NCBI GenBank assembly: GCA_902777645.1
Contig: CACYUZ010000014.1
Span: 1,296-65,295 of the forward strand
Reading direction: 5' to 3'
DNA: 64,000 nucleotides
Origin: an uncultured Prevotellaceae bacterium
Lineage (GTDB): Bacteria > Bacteroidota > Bacteroidia > Bacteroidales > Bacteroidaceae
Part shown: one piece after another, positions 28,063 through 39,500 of the stretch
How positions within the stretch are numbered: the stretch's first letter is position 1
Layout: each line of letters opens with the position of its first letter
Program-made: the position numbers and the translations under genes
Notes under the pieces: generated by a model
Seen by the model: only the letters and a program-made list of their open reading frames with translations
The model's database searches: none
What the model was told of the DNA's origin: nothing

Positions 28063-28955
28063 GTTTTGAAGAAAATCTTTTTACTTCCTATACGCTCTGC
28101 TTCTGCAAAGGCCGTTTCAAATTGGGAAAGGTCATAGGTATTCCCAAACAGTTTGTCCGTATCGAGGGTGTCAGTCACATGGTTGGCAGCTGCCGTCAGA
28201 ATATGGCTGGCCACATTGAAGTCTCCATATCGTGCCCCTTGTATGCATATCTCCTTCATGGCAATGGCATTTGCCGTAAAAGAACTGGGAGAATAGGACC
28301 GGGATTTCACCACCAGCACTCCATTGGGTTTAAGTGCATCGACATAGGCATCGATATCAAAGGGTTCCGTTTCTATAATGCAGTCATAATGGTCTTTCTG
28401 CAAGTCGGCTGTTCGGGTTATTCTTTCAATGTCGCGATTACCCATCACCCTGGCCACCTGGCAGGTCAGTTCCGCTATTCTGTTCCCGCCGTATATGCAA
28501 GTCAGCCCATTTACATATTTCAGGGGGGCAAGTGCTGCCGCGACAGGTTCCAGGAAGGCACCGTAAGGTGAGAGCAGACTGGGTGGCAGGCATACCAACG
28601 CTCCGCTTGGAACGGCAATATACTCCGCAAATGCGCCGTCGCAGTCTTTGCCGCACATTTTGTCGCCCTTACTGCCAAATGACATAGGGTTGGCACTGAC
28701 CACATCGCCTATTCGCCAATGGCCCATCTCTTCTTTTCCATTCAAGAAGCCGACTATTTTCCCGCAAAACTCATGTCCAAGTATGACATCTTCTTTGGCA
28801 GGAACGGCACCTTTTCTTATGGCGATGTCGGTTCTGCAAATTCCTGCATAATAGACCTTTACAAGTACATTGTAAAGACTTGTCAGTTTGGGAATATCCC
28901 TGTCAACTTTATAGACAGCTGACCCTTGGTTGAGTATGATAGCTCTCATTTTCAT
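28050..28955 (-). CDS. Short MDR-family zinc-type alcohol dehydrogenase/oxidoreductase
   Basis: 301 aa. Catalytic-zinc ligand contexts are AGICRTD and GHEFCG. The nucleotide-binding glycine motif is degenerate (IYGGNRIA) and the structural-zinc lobe is shortened. Confidence 0.7.
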   Translation of the reverse strand: MKMRAIILNQGSAVYKVDRDIPKLTSLYNVLVKVYYAGICRTDIAIRKGAVPAKEDVILGHEFCGKIVGFLNGKEEMGHWRIGDVVSANPMSFGSKGDKMCGKDCDGAFAEYIAVPSGALVCLPPSLLSPYGAFLEPVAAALAPLKYVNGLTCIYGGNRIAELTCQVARVMGNRDIERITRTADLQKDHYDCIIETEPFDIDAYVDALKPNGVLVVKSRSYSPSSFTANAIAMKEICIQGARYGDFNVASHILTAAANHVTDTLDTDKLFGNTYDLSQFETAFAEAERIGSKKIFFKTCAE

Positions 28956-28991
28956 CGTATATTCTAAGGTCCATCATTCATCCATTCATTC

Positions 28992-29462
28992 TCAAAAGGG
29001 AAGGAGATGCGCCGTTTTCAAGCGCTTGAGTGCCTGGAGAAGAATCTTCTCATGGTCGAAGGCCAGTTGCGGGATGCTGCTGATGGGAAACCACTGCGCA
29101 CACCTCGCATCGTCGCTGCCTTTGACAGCCGCTTTCTGCACCAGAGCGTAAAAGGCGATGGAGATGACTCGTCCGCGCGGGTCGCGGTCCACGTCGGAGA
29201 AACAGCCCAACTGTTCCAGGGCACCTTTGTCCACGTCAAGCCCCGTCTCCTCTTTCAGTTCGCGGGCGGCACCGTCGTCTGCCTTCTCGTCCATATTCAA
29301 GAATCCGCCGGGAAACGCCCAGCGCCCCTTATAGGGGTCGGCGCCGCGTTCAATCAGCAACACCGAAAGTCCTCCTTTTAAATCATAACCAAATACCACA
29401 CAGTCGGTCGTCACTGCGGGACGGGGATACTCATAGGTGTATAATTTGTTTTTATCTTCCAT
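28992..29462 (-). CDS. NUDIX hydrolase (ADP-ribose pyrophosphatase/NrtR-N-terminal-like)
   Basis: NUDIX box [24 protein letters not shown]. The N-terminus [15 protein letters not shown] is typical of ADPR-pyrophosphatase-type NUDIX proteins. Start chosen at MEDKNKLY (29462); the track start is 29549. GC is host-like, unlike the operon 36 nt downstream. Confidence 0.8.
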   Translation of the reverse strand: MEDKNKLYTYEYPRPAVTTDCVVFGYDLKGGLSVLLIERGADPYKGRWAFPGGFLNMDEKADDGAARELKEETGLDVDKGALEQLGCFSDVDRDPRGRVISIAFYALVQKAAVKGSDDARCAQWFPISSIPQLAFDHEKILLQALKRLKTAHLLPF

Positions 29463-29669
29463 TATTTGCCAGTTTAATGGGTTGGATTTCATCCGACCTT
29501 TTCTTGCCACGGCAATGTTCAAACAGGTTTGACATTGCTCATCCGGCATATCGGAAACGATTTCTTTTCATTGCCTTCATCTTATGATGACGATATTACC
29601 GAGATGGTTGTCTACTTCTTCTCATAGTTAAAATGCTGTGTTGTATTGTTATGTTGTGTATTTTTTACG

Positions 29670-29677
29670 CAAAGGTA
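29670..29677 (-). promoter_or_regulatory. -7 promoter box (TACCTTTG on the minus strand), candidate promoter for the NUDIX gene and the downstream operon
   Basis: Plus-strand CAAAGGTA is the reverse complement of TACCTTTG. A second candidate, CAAAAATA, lies at 29751-29758. Both sit in the AT-rich divergent spacer. Confidence 0.35.
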
Positions 29678-29836
29678 GAGTTTTATTTTGTAATCCGCAA
29701 ATCTTTCTGCGTATTTTTTACACAATAAATGATTTTTTCTTTTTGTTTTACAAAAATAGTGCATTCCCACCAATTCTCCACACTTTTTCAGCAACATTTT
29801 TTATATAAAATATTTGCAGTTTTTATGCAGAAAAAC

Positions 29837-29844
29837 TAACTTTG
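29837..29844 (+). promoter_or_regulatory. -7 promoter box (TAACTTTG) upstream of the hut operon
   Basis: Matches TAnnTTTG, about 100 nt upstream of the ftcD ATG at 29945. Confidence 0.4.
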
Positions 29845-29944
29845 CAGCATAAAGCCTTTTGAGGCTATTTTTCAGGTGGTTCACCTGAATGAGCAGAACA
29901 CACCACTACTTGACATATAACCTAAATAATACGATAAAAACACA

Positions 29945-31654
29945 ATGAAAAAGCAAATTATCGAATGCGTGCCCAACTTCAGCGAGGGCCGCGACCCTGC
30001 AGTCATCAAACAGATTACCGATGAGATAGAGCGCGTGAAAGGCGTGAGCCTGCTCGATGTGGATCCCGGCGAGGCCACCCACCGCACCGTGGTGACTTTC
30101 GTGGGTGAACCCGAACCTGTGATGGAGGCCGCCTTCAGGGCAGTGCGCAAGGCCGGACAAGTCATCGACATGCGGCAGCACCATGGTGCCCATCCCCGCA
30201 TGGGAGCTACCGATGTACTGCCCCTGATACCCGTGAGCGGCATCACCCTGGAAGAGTGCGCCCAACTGGCACGCACCCTGGCACGCCGCATAGCCGACGA
30301 GCTGCGCATACCCACCTACTGCTACGAGGCGGCCGCACAGATTCCCGAGCGGAAGAACCTGGCCGTATGCCGCGAGGGCGAGTATGAGGCGCTGGCCGAA
30401 AAGCTGACCACACCCGGCAAGGAGCCCGACTTCGGCGCTCGCCCCATGGACGACGACATAGCCCGCACAGGCGCCACCGCAGTGGGTGCGCGCGACTTCC
30501 TGATAGCCGTCAACTTCAACCTGAACACCACGTCCACCCGCCGCGCCAACGCCATCGCCTTCGACGTGCGCGAGAAAGGACGGCCCAAGCGCGAGGGCGG
30601 TCTGCTCACCGGCAAACCGCTGAAAGACGCCGACGGCAACCCCATCATGCTGCCCGGCACCCTGAAAGGCACGAAGGCCATTGGATGGTTTATCGACGAA
30701 TACGGCATCGCCCAGGTGTCGATGAACATCACCGACATCAGACAGACACCGCTGCATGTGGCCTTCGACGAGGTGTGCCGCTGCGCACAGAACCGCGGCA
30801 TACGTGTCACCGGAACCGAGATTGTGGGCCTCATCCCCAAGAGCACCCTCATCGATGCGGGACGCTACTTCCTGGAGAAACAGCAGCGCTCCACCGGCAT
30901 ACCCGAGAAAGACATCATCGACATCGCCATCCACTCGCTCGGGCTCTCCGACCTGCGGCCTTTCCGCCCGGAGGAGAAAGTGATAGAGATGCTGCTGGAA
31001 AAAGACCACCAGAACGGCAGCAATCTGGCCGACCTGACCGTAAAGGACTTCGCCTATGAGACCTCGCGCGAGAGTCCCGCCCCCGGCGGAGGCACCATCG
31101 CCGCCTATATGGGCGCACTGGGCGCCGCACTGGGCACCATGGTGGCCAACCTGTCAAGTCACAAGCGCGGATGGGACGACCGCTGGGAGGAGTTCGCCCG
31201 CCACGCCGACAACGGACAGGCCCTCATGAGCCAGCTCATAGCACTGGTGGATGAAGACACCCAGGCCTTCAACCGCATCATGGAGGCCTTCGGCATGCCC
31301 AAACAGACCGAGGCCGACAAGGCCGCACGCTCCGCCGCCATACAGGCCGCCACCCTCTATGCCGCCGAAGTGCCCCTGCGCACCATGCAGGCCGCCAGCC
31401 AGGTGTTCGCCTTGTGCCGCGCCATGGCCGAGACCGGCAACCCCAACAGTGTGAGCGACGCCGGTGTGGGTGCCCTGGCTGCCCGTGCCGCCGTGCTGGG
31501 CGCCGGACTGAACGTGAAAATCAACGCCGCCTCGCTGAAAGACCGCGACAAGGCTGCCCAGCTGATTGGTGAAGCCGAACAGCTGATGTGCCGGGCCGAC
31601 GAGGAGGAACGCCAGATAATGGCCATTGTAGAAAAAGTAATCAACGCACAATAA
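29945..31654 (+). CDS. ftcD: Bifunctional glutamate formimidoyltransferase / formimidoyltetrahydrofolate cyclodeaminase
   Basis: 569 aa. The N-terminus ECVPNFSEGRD is typical of formiminotransferases. The helical C-terminal roughly 200 aa are cyclodeaminase-like. First gene of the hut cluster. Confidence 0.88.
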   Translation: MKKQIIECVPNFSEGRDPAVIKQITDEIERVKGVSLLDVDPGEATHRTVVTFVGEPEPVMEAAFRAVRKAGQVIDMRQHHGAHPRMGATDVLPLIPVSGITLEECAQLARTLARRIADELRIPTYCYEAAAQIPERKNLAVCREGEYEALAEKLTTPGKEPDFGARPMDDDIARTGATAVGARDFLIAVNFNLNTTSTRRANAIAFDVREKGRPKREGGLLTGKPLKDADGNPIMLPGTLKGTKAIGWFIDEYGIAQVSMNITDIRQTPLHVAFDEVCRCAQNRGIRVTGTEIVGLIPKSTLIDAGRYFLEKQQRSTGIPEKDIIDIAIHSLGLSDLRPFRPEEKVIEMLLEKDHQNGSNLADLTVKDFAYETSRESPAPGGGTIAAYMGALGAALGTMVANLSSHKRGWDDRWEEFARHADNGQALMSQLIALVDEDTQAFNRIMEAFGMPKQTEADKAARSAAIQAATLYAAEVPLRTMQAASQVFALCRAMAETGNPNSVSDAGVGALAARAAVLGAGLNVKINAASLKDRDKAAQLIGEAEQLMCRADEEERQIMAIVEKVINAQ

Positions 31655-31668
31655 AACCCCATCCTGCC

Positions 31669-33684
<2,016 letters not shown>

Positions 33685-33717
33685 CCACTATCCACAAACA
33701 CACACATCAGCCATACT

Positions 33718-35211
33718 ATGACCAAAACACATTATATCAGTGCGGGACACCTGACACAGGACAAGATAGACCGCATCATCAACGAAGGCTACCGGCTGGA
33801 ACTGGGCGAGGAGGCCAAGAAGAGCATCCTGAGCTGCCGCGAATACCTGGACCACAAGATAGCCGAGAGCGAGGCGCCCATCTACGGCGTGACCACCGGA
33901 TTCGGCTCGCTCTGCAACATCAGCATCGGCAACGACCAACTGGCCGAGCTGCAGAAAAACCTCGTCATGTCGCATGCCTGTGGCGTGGGCACACCCGTGC
34001 CCCGTGAGGTGGTGCGCATCATGCTGCTGCTCAAGGTGCAGTCGCTGAGCTACGGCCACTCCGGCTGCCAGCTGGTCACCGTGCAGCGGCTCATCGACTT
34101 CTTCAACTACAACATCTGCCCCATCGTCTATGAACAGGGCTCAGTAGGCGCCAGCGGCGACCTCGTTCCCCTGGCCCACCTGTGCCTGCCGCTGCTGGGA
34201 CTGGGCGAGGTGGAATATCAGGGACAGCGCATGACGGGTGCCGAGATACTGGCCAAGATGGGATGGGAACCCATTCAGTTGGCCTCGAAAGAGGGACTGG
34301 CCCTGCTCAACGGCACCCAGAACATGAGCGCCTTCGCCGTGTGGTCGCTCATACAGGCCAAGCGTATCACCCAGTGGGCCGACGTGATAGCCGCCCTCTC
34401 GCTCGAGGCCTACGACGGCCGGCCGGAGCCGTTCAACCTGGCCGTGCATCTGGTGCGGCCCCACAAGGGACAGATTGCCACCGCCGTGCGCATCAACGAA
34501 CTGCTGCGCGGCAGCGAACTGATAACACGCCCGAAGACCCATGTGCAGGACCCCTACTCCTTCCGCTGCATACCCCAGGTGCACGGGGCCGTGAAAGACA
34601 CGCTATCCTATGTGAAGTCGGTGGTGGACATCGAAATCAATGCGGCCACCGACAATCCCACCATCTGTCCCGAAGAAGACCTCATCATCTCGGCCGGCAA
34701 CTTCCACGGTGAGCCGATAGCGCTGCCCATGGACTTCCTGTGCATCGCCATGAACGAGCTGGGCAGCATCTCCGAGCGCCGCACCTACAAACTGGTGTCG
34801 GGCACCCGCGGCCTGCCCAGTTTTCTGGTGGCCACACCGGGTGTGAACAGCGGTTTCATGATCACCCAATACACCTCGGCCGCCATCGTGAGCCAGAGCA
34901 AGACGCTCTGCATGCCTTCCTCGGCCGACAGCATACCCACCTCGCAGGGACAGGAAGACCATGTGAGCATGGGCGCCAACGCCGGCACCAAACTGCTGCG
35001 CGTGATGGAAAATACGGAGCGCGTGCTGGCCATCGAACTCTTCAACGCCGCCCAGGCGCTCGACTTCCGCCGTCCGCTGCACACCTCGCCTCTGTTGGAG
35101 GAAATCCATGCCGCCTACCGCAAGGAGGTGCCGTTTATCGACCACGATGTGGTGATGTATCCGCACATCGCCAAGTCGGTGGAGTTTCTCCGTAAATACC
35201 CACTCGAATGA
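33718..35211 (+). CDS. hutH: Histidine ammonia-lyase
   Basis: 497 aa. The MIO-forming Ala-Ser-Gly motif is present in GSVGASGDLVPLAH. Confidence 0.95.
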   Translation: MTKTHYISAGHLTQDKIDRIINEGYRLELGEEAKKSILSCREYLDHKIAESEAPIYGVTTGFGSLCNISIGNDQLAELQKNLVMSHACGVGTPVPREVVRIMLLLKVQSLSYGHSGCQLVTVQRLIDFFNYNICPIVYEQGSVGASGDLVPLAHLCLPLLGLGEVEYQGQRMTGAEILAKMGWEPIQLASKEGLALLNGTQNMSAFAVWSLIQAKRITQWADVIAALSLEAYDGRPEPFNLAVHLVRPHKGQIATAVRINELLRGSELITRPKTHVQDPYSFRCIPQVHGAVKDTLSYVKSVVDIEINAATDNPTICPEEDLIISAGNFHGEPIALPMDFLCIAMNELGSISERRTYKLVSGTRGLPSFLVATPGVNSGFMITQYTSAAIVSQSKTLCMPSSADSIPTSQGQEDHVSMGANAGTKLLRVMENTERVLAIELFNAAQALDFRRPLHTSPLLEEIHAAYRKEVPFIDHDVVMYPHIAKSVEFLRKYPLE

Positions 35212-36443
35212 AAACCCTTATCACCAACATTCGTTTCCTGGCCGGCGTGCAGCCCAAGGAGTGGCGCTGCGCCGCCGGACAGGACATGCGCCGCCTGGGA
35301 GTAGTGGAAAACGCCTGGCTGCTGATGGAAGACGACCGCATAGCCGGTTTCGGCCAAATGGGCGCTGAGCTCCCGGAGGCCGAGCTGCACTTCGACGCCC
35401 ACCAGGGCACGGTGCTGCCCGCCTGGTGCGACTCGCACACCCATCTGGTGTATGCCGGACCGCGCGAGGGGGAGTTTGTCGACAAAATATGCGGACTCTC
35501 CTATGCCGAGATAGCCCGCCGCGGAGGCGGCATCCTGAACAGTGCCGACCGTCTGCATGAGATGAGCGAGGACGAGCTTTACACACAGGCCATGCAGCGG
35601 CTAAACGAGGCGGTGGCCTGCGGCACCGGCTGCATGGAGATAAAGAGCGGCTACGGACTCAACACAGCCGACGAGCTGAAAATGCTGCGGGTGATTCGCC
35701 GCATGAAGCAGACTTCACGGGTGAAGATTGTAAGCACCTTCCTCGGTGCACACGCGGTGGGACGCGCCTATACAGGACGGCAGGCCGACTATGTAGACAT
35801 GCTGGTGAGCGAGATGATACCCGCTGTGGGCGAAGAGCGGCTGGCCGACTTTATCGACGTGTTCTGTGACGAGGGGTTCTTCACCCCCGAAGAGACGCGG
35901 CGCATCTTGGAGGCCGGAGCCCGCTATGGCATGCGGCCCAAGATACATGCCTGCGAACTCGCCTCGAGCGGCGGGGTGGAAGTGGGCGTGGCCTGCGGCG
36001 CCCTCTCGGTAGACCATCTGGAGAGTGCCAGCGACGGCGACCTGCGCCTGCTCAAGGGAAGCGTCACCATGCCCACCCTGTTGCCCGGCACCTCATTCTT
36101 CCTGCGCATGCCCTACGGCCAGGGCCGCAAGATGATAGACAGCGGACTGCCCATCGCACTGGCCAGCGACTGCAACCCCGGCAGCACCCCGTCGCTCGAC
36201 ATGAAGTTTGTGGTATCGCTGGCGTGCATACAGATGCGACTGCTGCCCGAAGAGGCCCTGCTCGCCGCCACACTGAACGGTGCCGCCGCCATGGATCTTA
36301 GCGCCGACTACGGCTCCATCGCCGTGGGCAAGAAAGCCAACCTGCAGCTCACCAAACCCATCCCCTCGATTGCCTACATCCCCTATGCCTACACCCGTCC
36401 ACTGGTTGAGCAAGTATGGCTGGAAGGGGAATTGAATAGGTAA
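35208..36443 (+). CDS. hutI: Imidazolonepropionase
   Basis: 411 aa. Amidohydrolase metal-ligand motif CDSHTHLVYAG. The start overlaps the hutH stop (ATGA). Confidence 0.92.
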   Translation: MKTLITNIRFLAGVQPKEWRCAAGQDMRRLGVVENAWLLMEDDRIAGFGQMGAELPEAELHFDAHQGTVLPAWCDSHTHLVYAGPREGEFVDKICGLSYAEIARRGGGILNSADRLHEMSEDELYTQAMQRLNEAVACGTGCMEIKSGYGLNTADELKMLRVIRRMKQTSRVKIVSTFLGAHAVGRAYTGRQADYVDMLVSEMIPAVGEERLADFIDVFCDEGFFTPEETRRILEAGARYGMRPKIHACELASSGGVEVGVACGALSVDHLESASDGDLRLLKGSVTMPTLLPGTSFFLRMPYGQGRKMIDSGLPIALASDCNPGSTPSLDMKFVVSLACIQMRLLPEEALLAATLNGAAAMDLSADYGSIAVGKKANLQLTKPIPSIAYIPYAYTRPLVEQVWLEGELNR

Positions 36444-36466
36444 AATTAAAGATTAAAGAAAAAAAC

Positions 36467-36510
36467 AAGAAGCCTCATACCGTATCTCCAAAAGCGGTAT
36501 GAGGCTTCTT
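36467..36510. terminator. Bidirectional intrinsic terminator between hutI and sprA
   Basis: Perfect 16-bp stem AAGAAGCCTCATACCG / CGGTATGAGGCTTCTT with a 12-nt loop. An A-run lies on one side and T-rich sequence on the other. Confidence 0.8.
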
Positions 36511-36539
36511 AATTATTTAATATTTCATCTCTTTCCTTC

Positions 36540-39500
36540 TTATCTTGTCAGCGAGAATTTCAGGCTCAGGCCGAAGTCGCGGGTGGTGGTGGGATAGCTG
36601 TTGGCCGAGAGGAGCGGCGTATTGGTCTGCTGGTCGTAATAGAAAGTCATGGTCATGAGTTTCGACAGCGTATAGTCGGCCGAGAAGGAGAACTTCAGCG
36701 CTGTATTGCCACTGGAGGCAGAGCTGGTCATAGAGGCGATGTCGCGGGTGATGTTGGCCTGCTGCCGGTAGGAGAAGTCAAAGCGCAGGTTCAGGTCATG
36801 GTTGAAGGAGCCCTTGCCGTTGCGGTTGTTATTGGTATTCTGGTTCTTCGACGCATTCTCGTCATTGTCGCCCGCATTCTTCTTTCCGCCCTTCACCTTG
36901 CGGTGCGACGTGCCGCCACCGCCGAAGAGTTTGAAGTCGTTTATCTTATAGCCCATACCGATGACCCAGTCCTTGCTGGTGGTCTCGTTGAGCTGCACAC
37001 TCGTCATACTGAGGCTGAGCTGGCGGGTGGTCTTGTACTCCAACTTGCAGGTGAGGTTGTTGTTCAGGGTCACATCCACACCGAGCAGCGGGGCGAAGTT
37101 CTCCGTAAGGCTCACCGTCGATACATTGAACATGCTGTTGGGCACCGGATTGCCGGTCGTGGCGTCGGTGATGAATCCCAGGCCGCCGGTCGACTCCATC
37201 CAGGTGCTGTAGCTGGCGTAGGAGCCCACCGCATAGAGACACTTGTACGAATGGTTCAGATTCACGCTCTTGAAGAGCGAGCTGAACCAGGGCAGGCGGC
37301 CCAGTCCGCTGTAGCGTACGGTCCAGTTGGGCAGCAAGCGGCTCAGTGTGGGGAAGATGTCAAGACTGCCGCCGCCCATGCTGGTATAGCTGGACAGGAA
37401 GGCAGGCACGAGCACATCGGCGCTGTAGGCCCCCACCCCACCGTTTTCGGGATTGAAGGTCTTTCCGGCCAATGCCGTTCCCTGCGGGTAGACCGTATTG
37501 GCGTACCGCGCCTCTACCCGCTCGCGGAAGGCGGGCAGTGACTGGCAGAACTTCTCGAAGGTCTTCGAGGAGTAGCCGTTGTTGGCGTCGCCGCTGCTGG
37601 CAAAGGCCGTCTTGATGGCGATGGTGGTCATATTGAAGGAGCCGCTCTGTGTGGTGGGGTTGCCGGCATACATATACTGCACGCTCTTGGACTTGGTGAC
37701 ATTGCGCGAGGCATTGAGGTCAATCTTGAAGTCGCGCACCGGCTCAAGGGTCATTTTGAGCTGCAGGTCTTCGGTGAGGCTCGTGGTGGCAGGGGTGGCC
37801 ACACTTTCGTTGGAGAGGAGCCATCCTCTCTCGCGGGCCTTTTCGATATAGTCGTCGTCGATGAGTCCGAATCCGAAGTCGAGGCCCGGCGCCATGATGT
37901 CGCCCCGCCGCTGTCCGAAGGCATTGCCGATGGTGGGCATGAATCCGGGCAGACCCATGGAATACTGGTTGCGGTACGACAGGCTCACATTGCGCACCAT
38001 CATGAGCACGCGTGCCACGCTCTGTGCGGTGCGGTACCATCCCTTCTCGTCGAGCGGTTCCTTGGGGGTGACGGTGATTTTGAACTTCAGTGTCGAGTCG
38101 GTGGGGTTGTACACCTGAATCTTGTTGTCGTCCAATTTCTTGTACCGGATGTGTATGGGCTTGCCGTCGAGTGTCTTAGCGGAGAACTCAAAGCGCTTGG
38201 TCTTCTTGCCGTGGGTGATGACCATCGAGGTGTCGGCCTTGATGGTAATCTCTTTCTCGAAGCTCTTCTTGTTCTTGGGCAGATTGGCCTTGGGGTCCTT
38301 GCCCTTGTTCTTGGCGTCGCCTTTTCCCTTGGCATCGTCCTTTCCGTCACCCTCTTTGGCACCTGCCTTGGTCTCCGGGGTCTTCTTGGGATTCTGTACC
38401 TTGTTGTTTACGGCCTTCTTGGGCTTGCTCTTGCTGAAGCGGTCGTTGGTGGCCTTGAGGAAGGGCACGTGGTCGTAGAGTTTCTGCAGGTTGAAGGAAC
38501 CGTTCAGATTGTAGTTGCGCTTGGTGGAGATGGAGTTGCCCAGCGAGGTACCGTCCTCAAGGTCGGTGCCGCGCACCCATCCATAGGTGCCGTTGTAGGA
38601 GGCATCCACATTCACCCAGTCGAAGATGGGTATCAGGTTGAGCGGCAACTTGTAGGAAGCCGATACAGTCTGGCTGTAGTCGAGGGGGGCGCCCCAGTTG
38701 CGTATGGAGGTCCACACAGAGTCTTTCCAAGCATCATACTGGTCGGGATAGAGGTCTTTGTTGATGGGGGTATAGGGCTCCTCTATCTCGGCATGGGTGG
38801 CGCTTTGGAAGTTGAAGTGCAGGTTCTTGGTGAGGTCCCAACGGAAAGAGAACTCCCTGTTCCAGAGGAACTGCTCGCTGAAGGTGAGCGGCAGCTGCGA
38901 ATCTTCGAGGCTCTCCATATCGCGCTCCTGCAGCTCGTAGTAGTTGCGCATGATGTCGGTATTGAACGTGACGTTCTGCGGCAGCCAGTTGAGTCCGAAG
39001 CGTTTCAGTATGTCGTAGTATTTCGACTTGCTCTTGATGAGTTTCTTGAAGGGTTCCCATGCCTTGAACACCGGTGTCCAGGTATAGGCCAGTGAGCCGC
39101 GCCACTGGTCCTCGTTCTCATACACGGTGGTCTCGCCGCTGGTGTTGCGGTGCGAGTGGCTGTAGGAGAAGGAGAAGTTGGCCGGGTCGTAGGGCATGGG
39201 GTGTCCTTTGGTCTGTATGCCCACCCTCACGCCGGTGAGCGAGAAGTTGGTGTCGGTGGTCTTGCTCACGGCTATCGACTCGATGGAGTCACGCTCATGG
39301 CGGCTGGCTCCCTCGAGCGCATCGTCGAGGAGCATGTCGGTGTCGAGCGGGTTGTACTTGGGGCTCTTGCGCTCCTTGGTGACCGAATAATAAAGGGGTG
39401 CCGACACCTTGGCCTTTTCGGGGAAGAATTTGCCCAGTTCCAAAGTGGTGGTAAGGCTGGCGTTGAGTTTGTTGTCGGTGCTGCGCTGGCTCACGCCTTC

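Noticed and set aside
29612-29797. 61-aa minus-strand ORF in the AT-rich spacer upstream of the hut operon
   Set aside because: It has Lys/Asn/Tyr/Cys-rich composition, as expected from random AT-rich DNA. It overlaps predicted promoter boxes and has no motif or coupling to neighbours.
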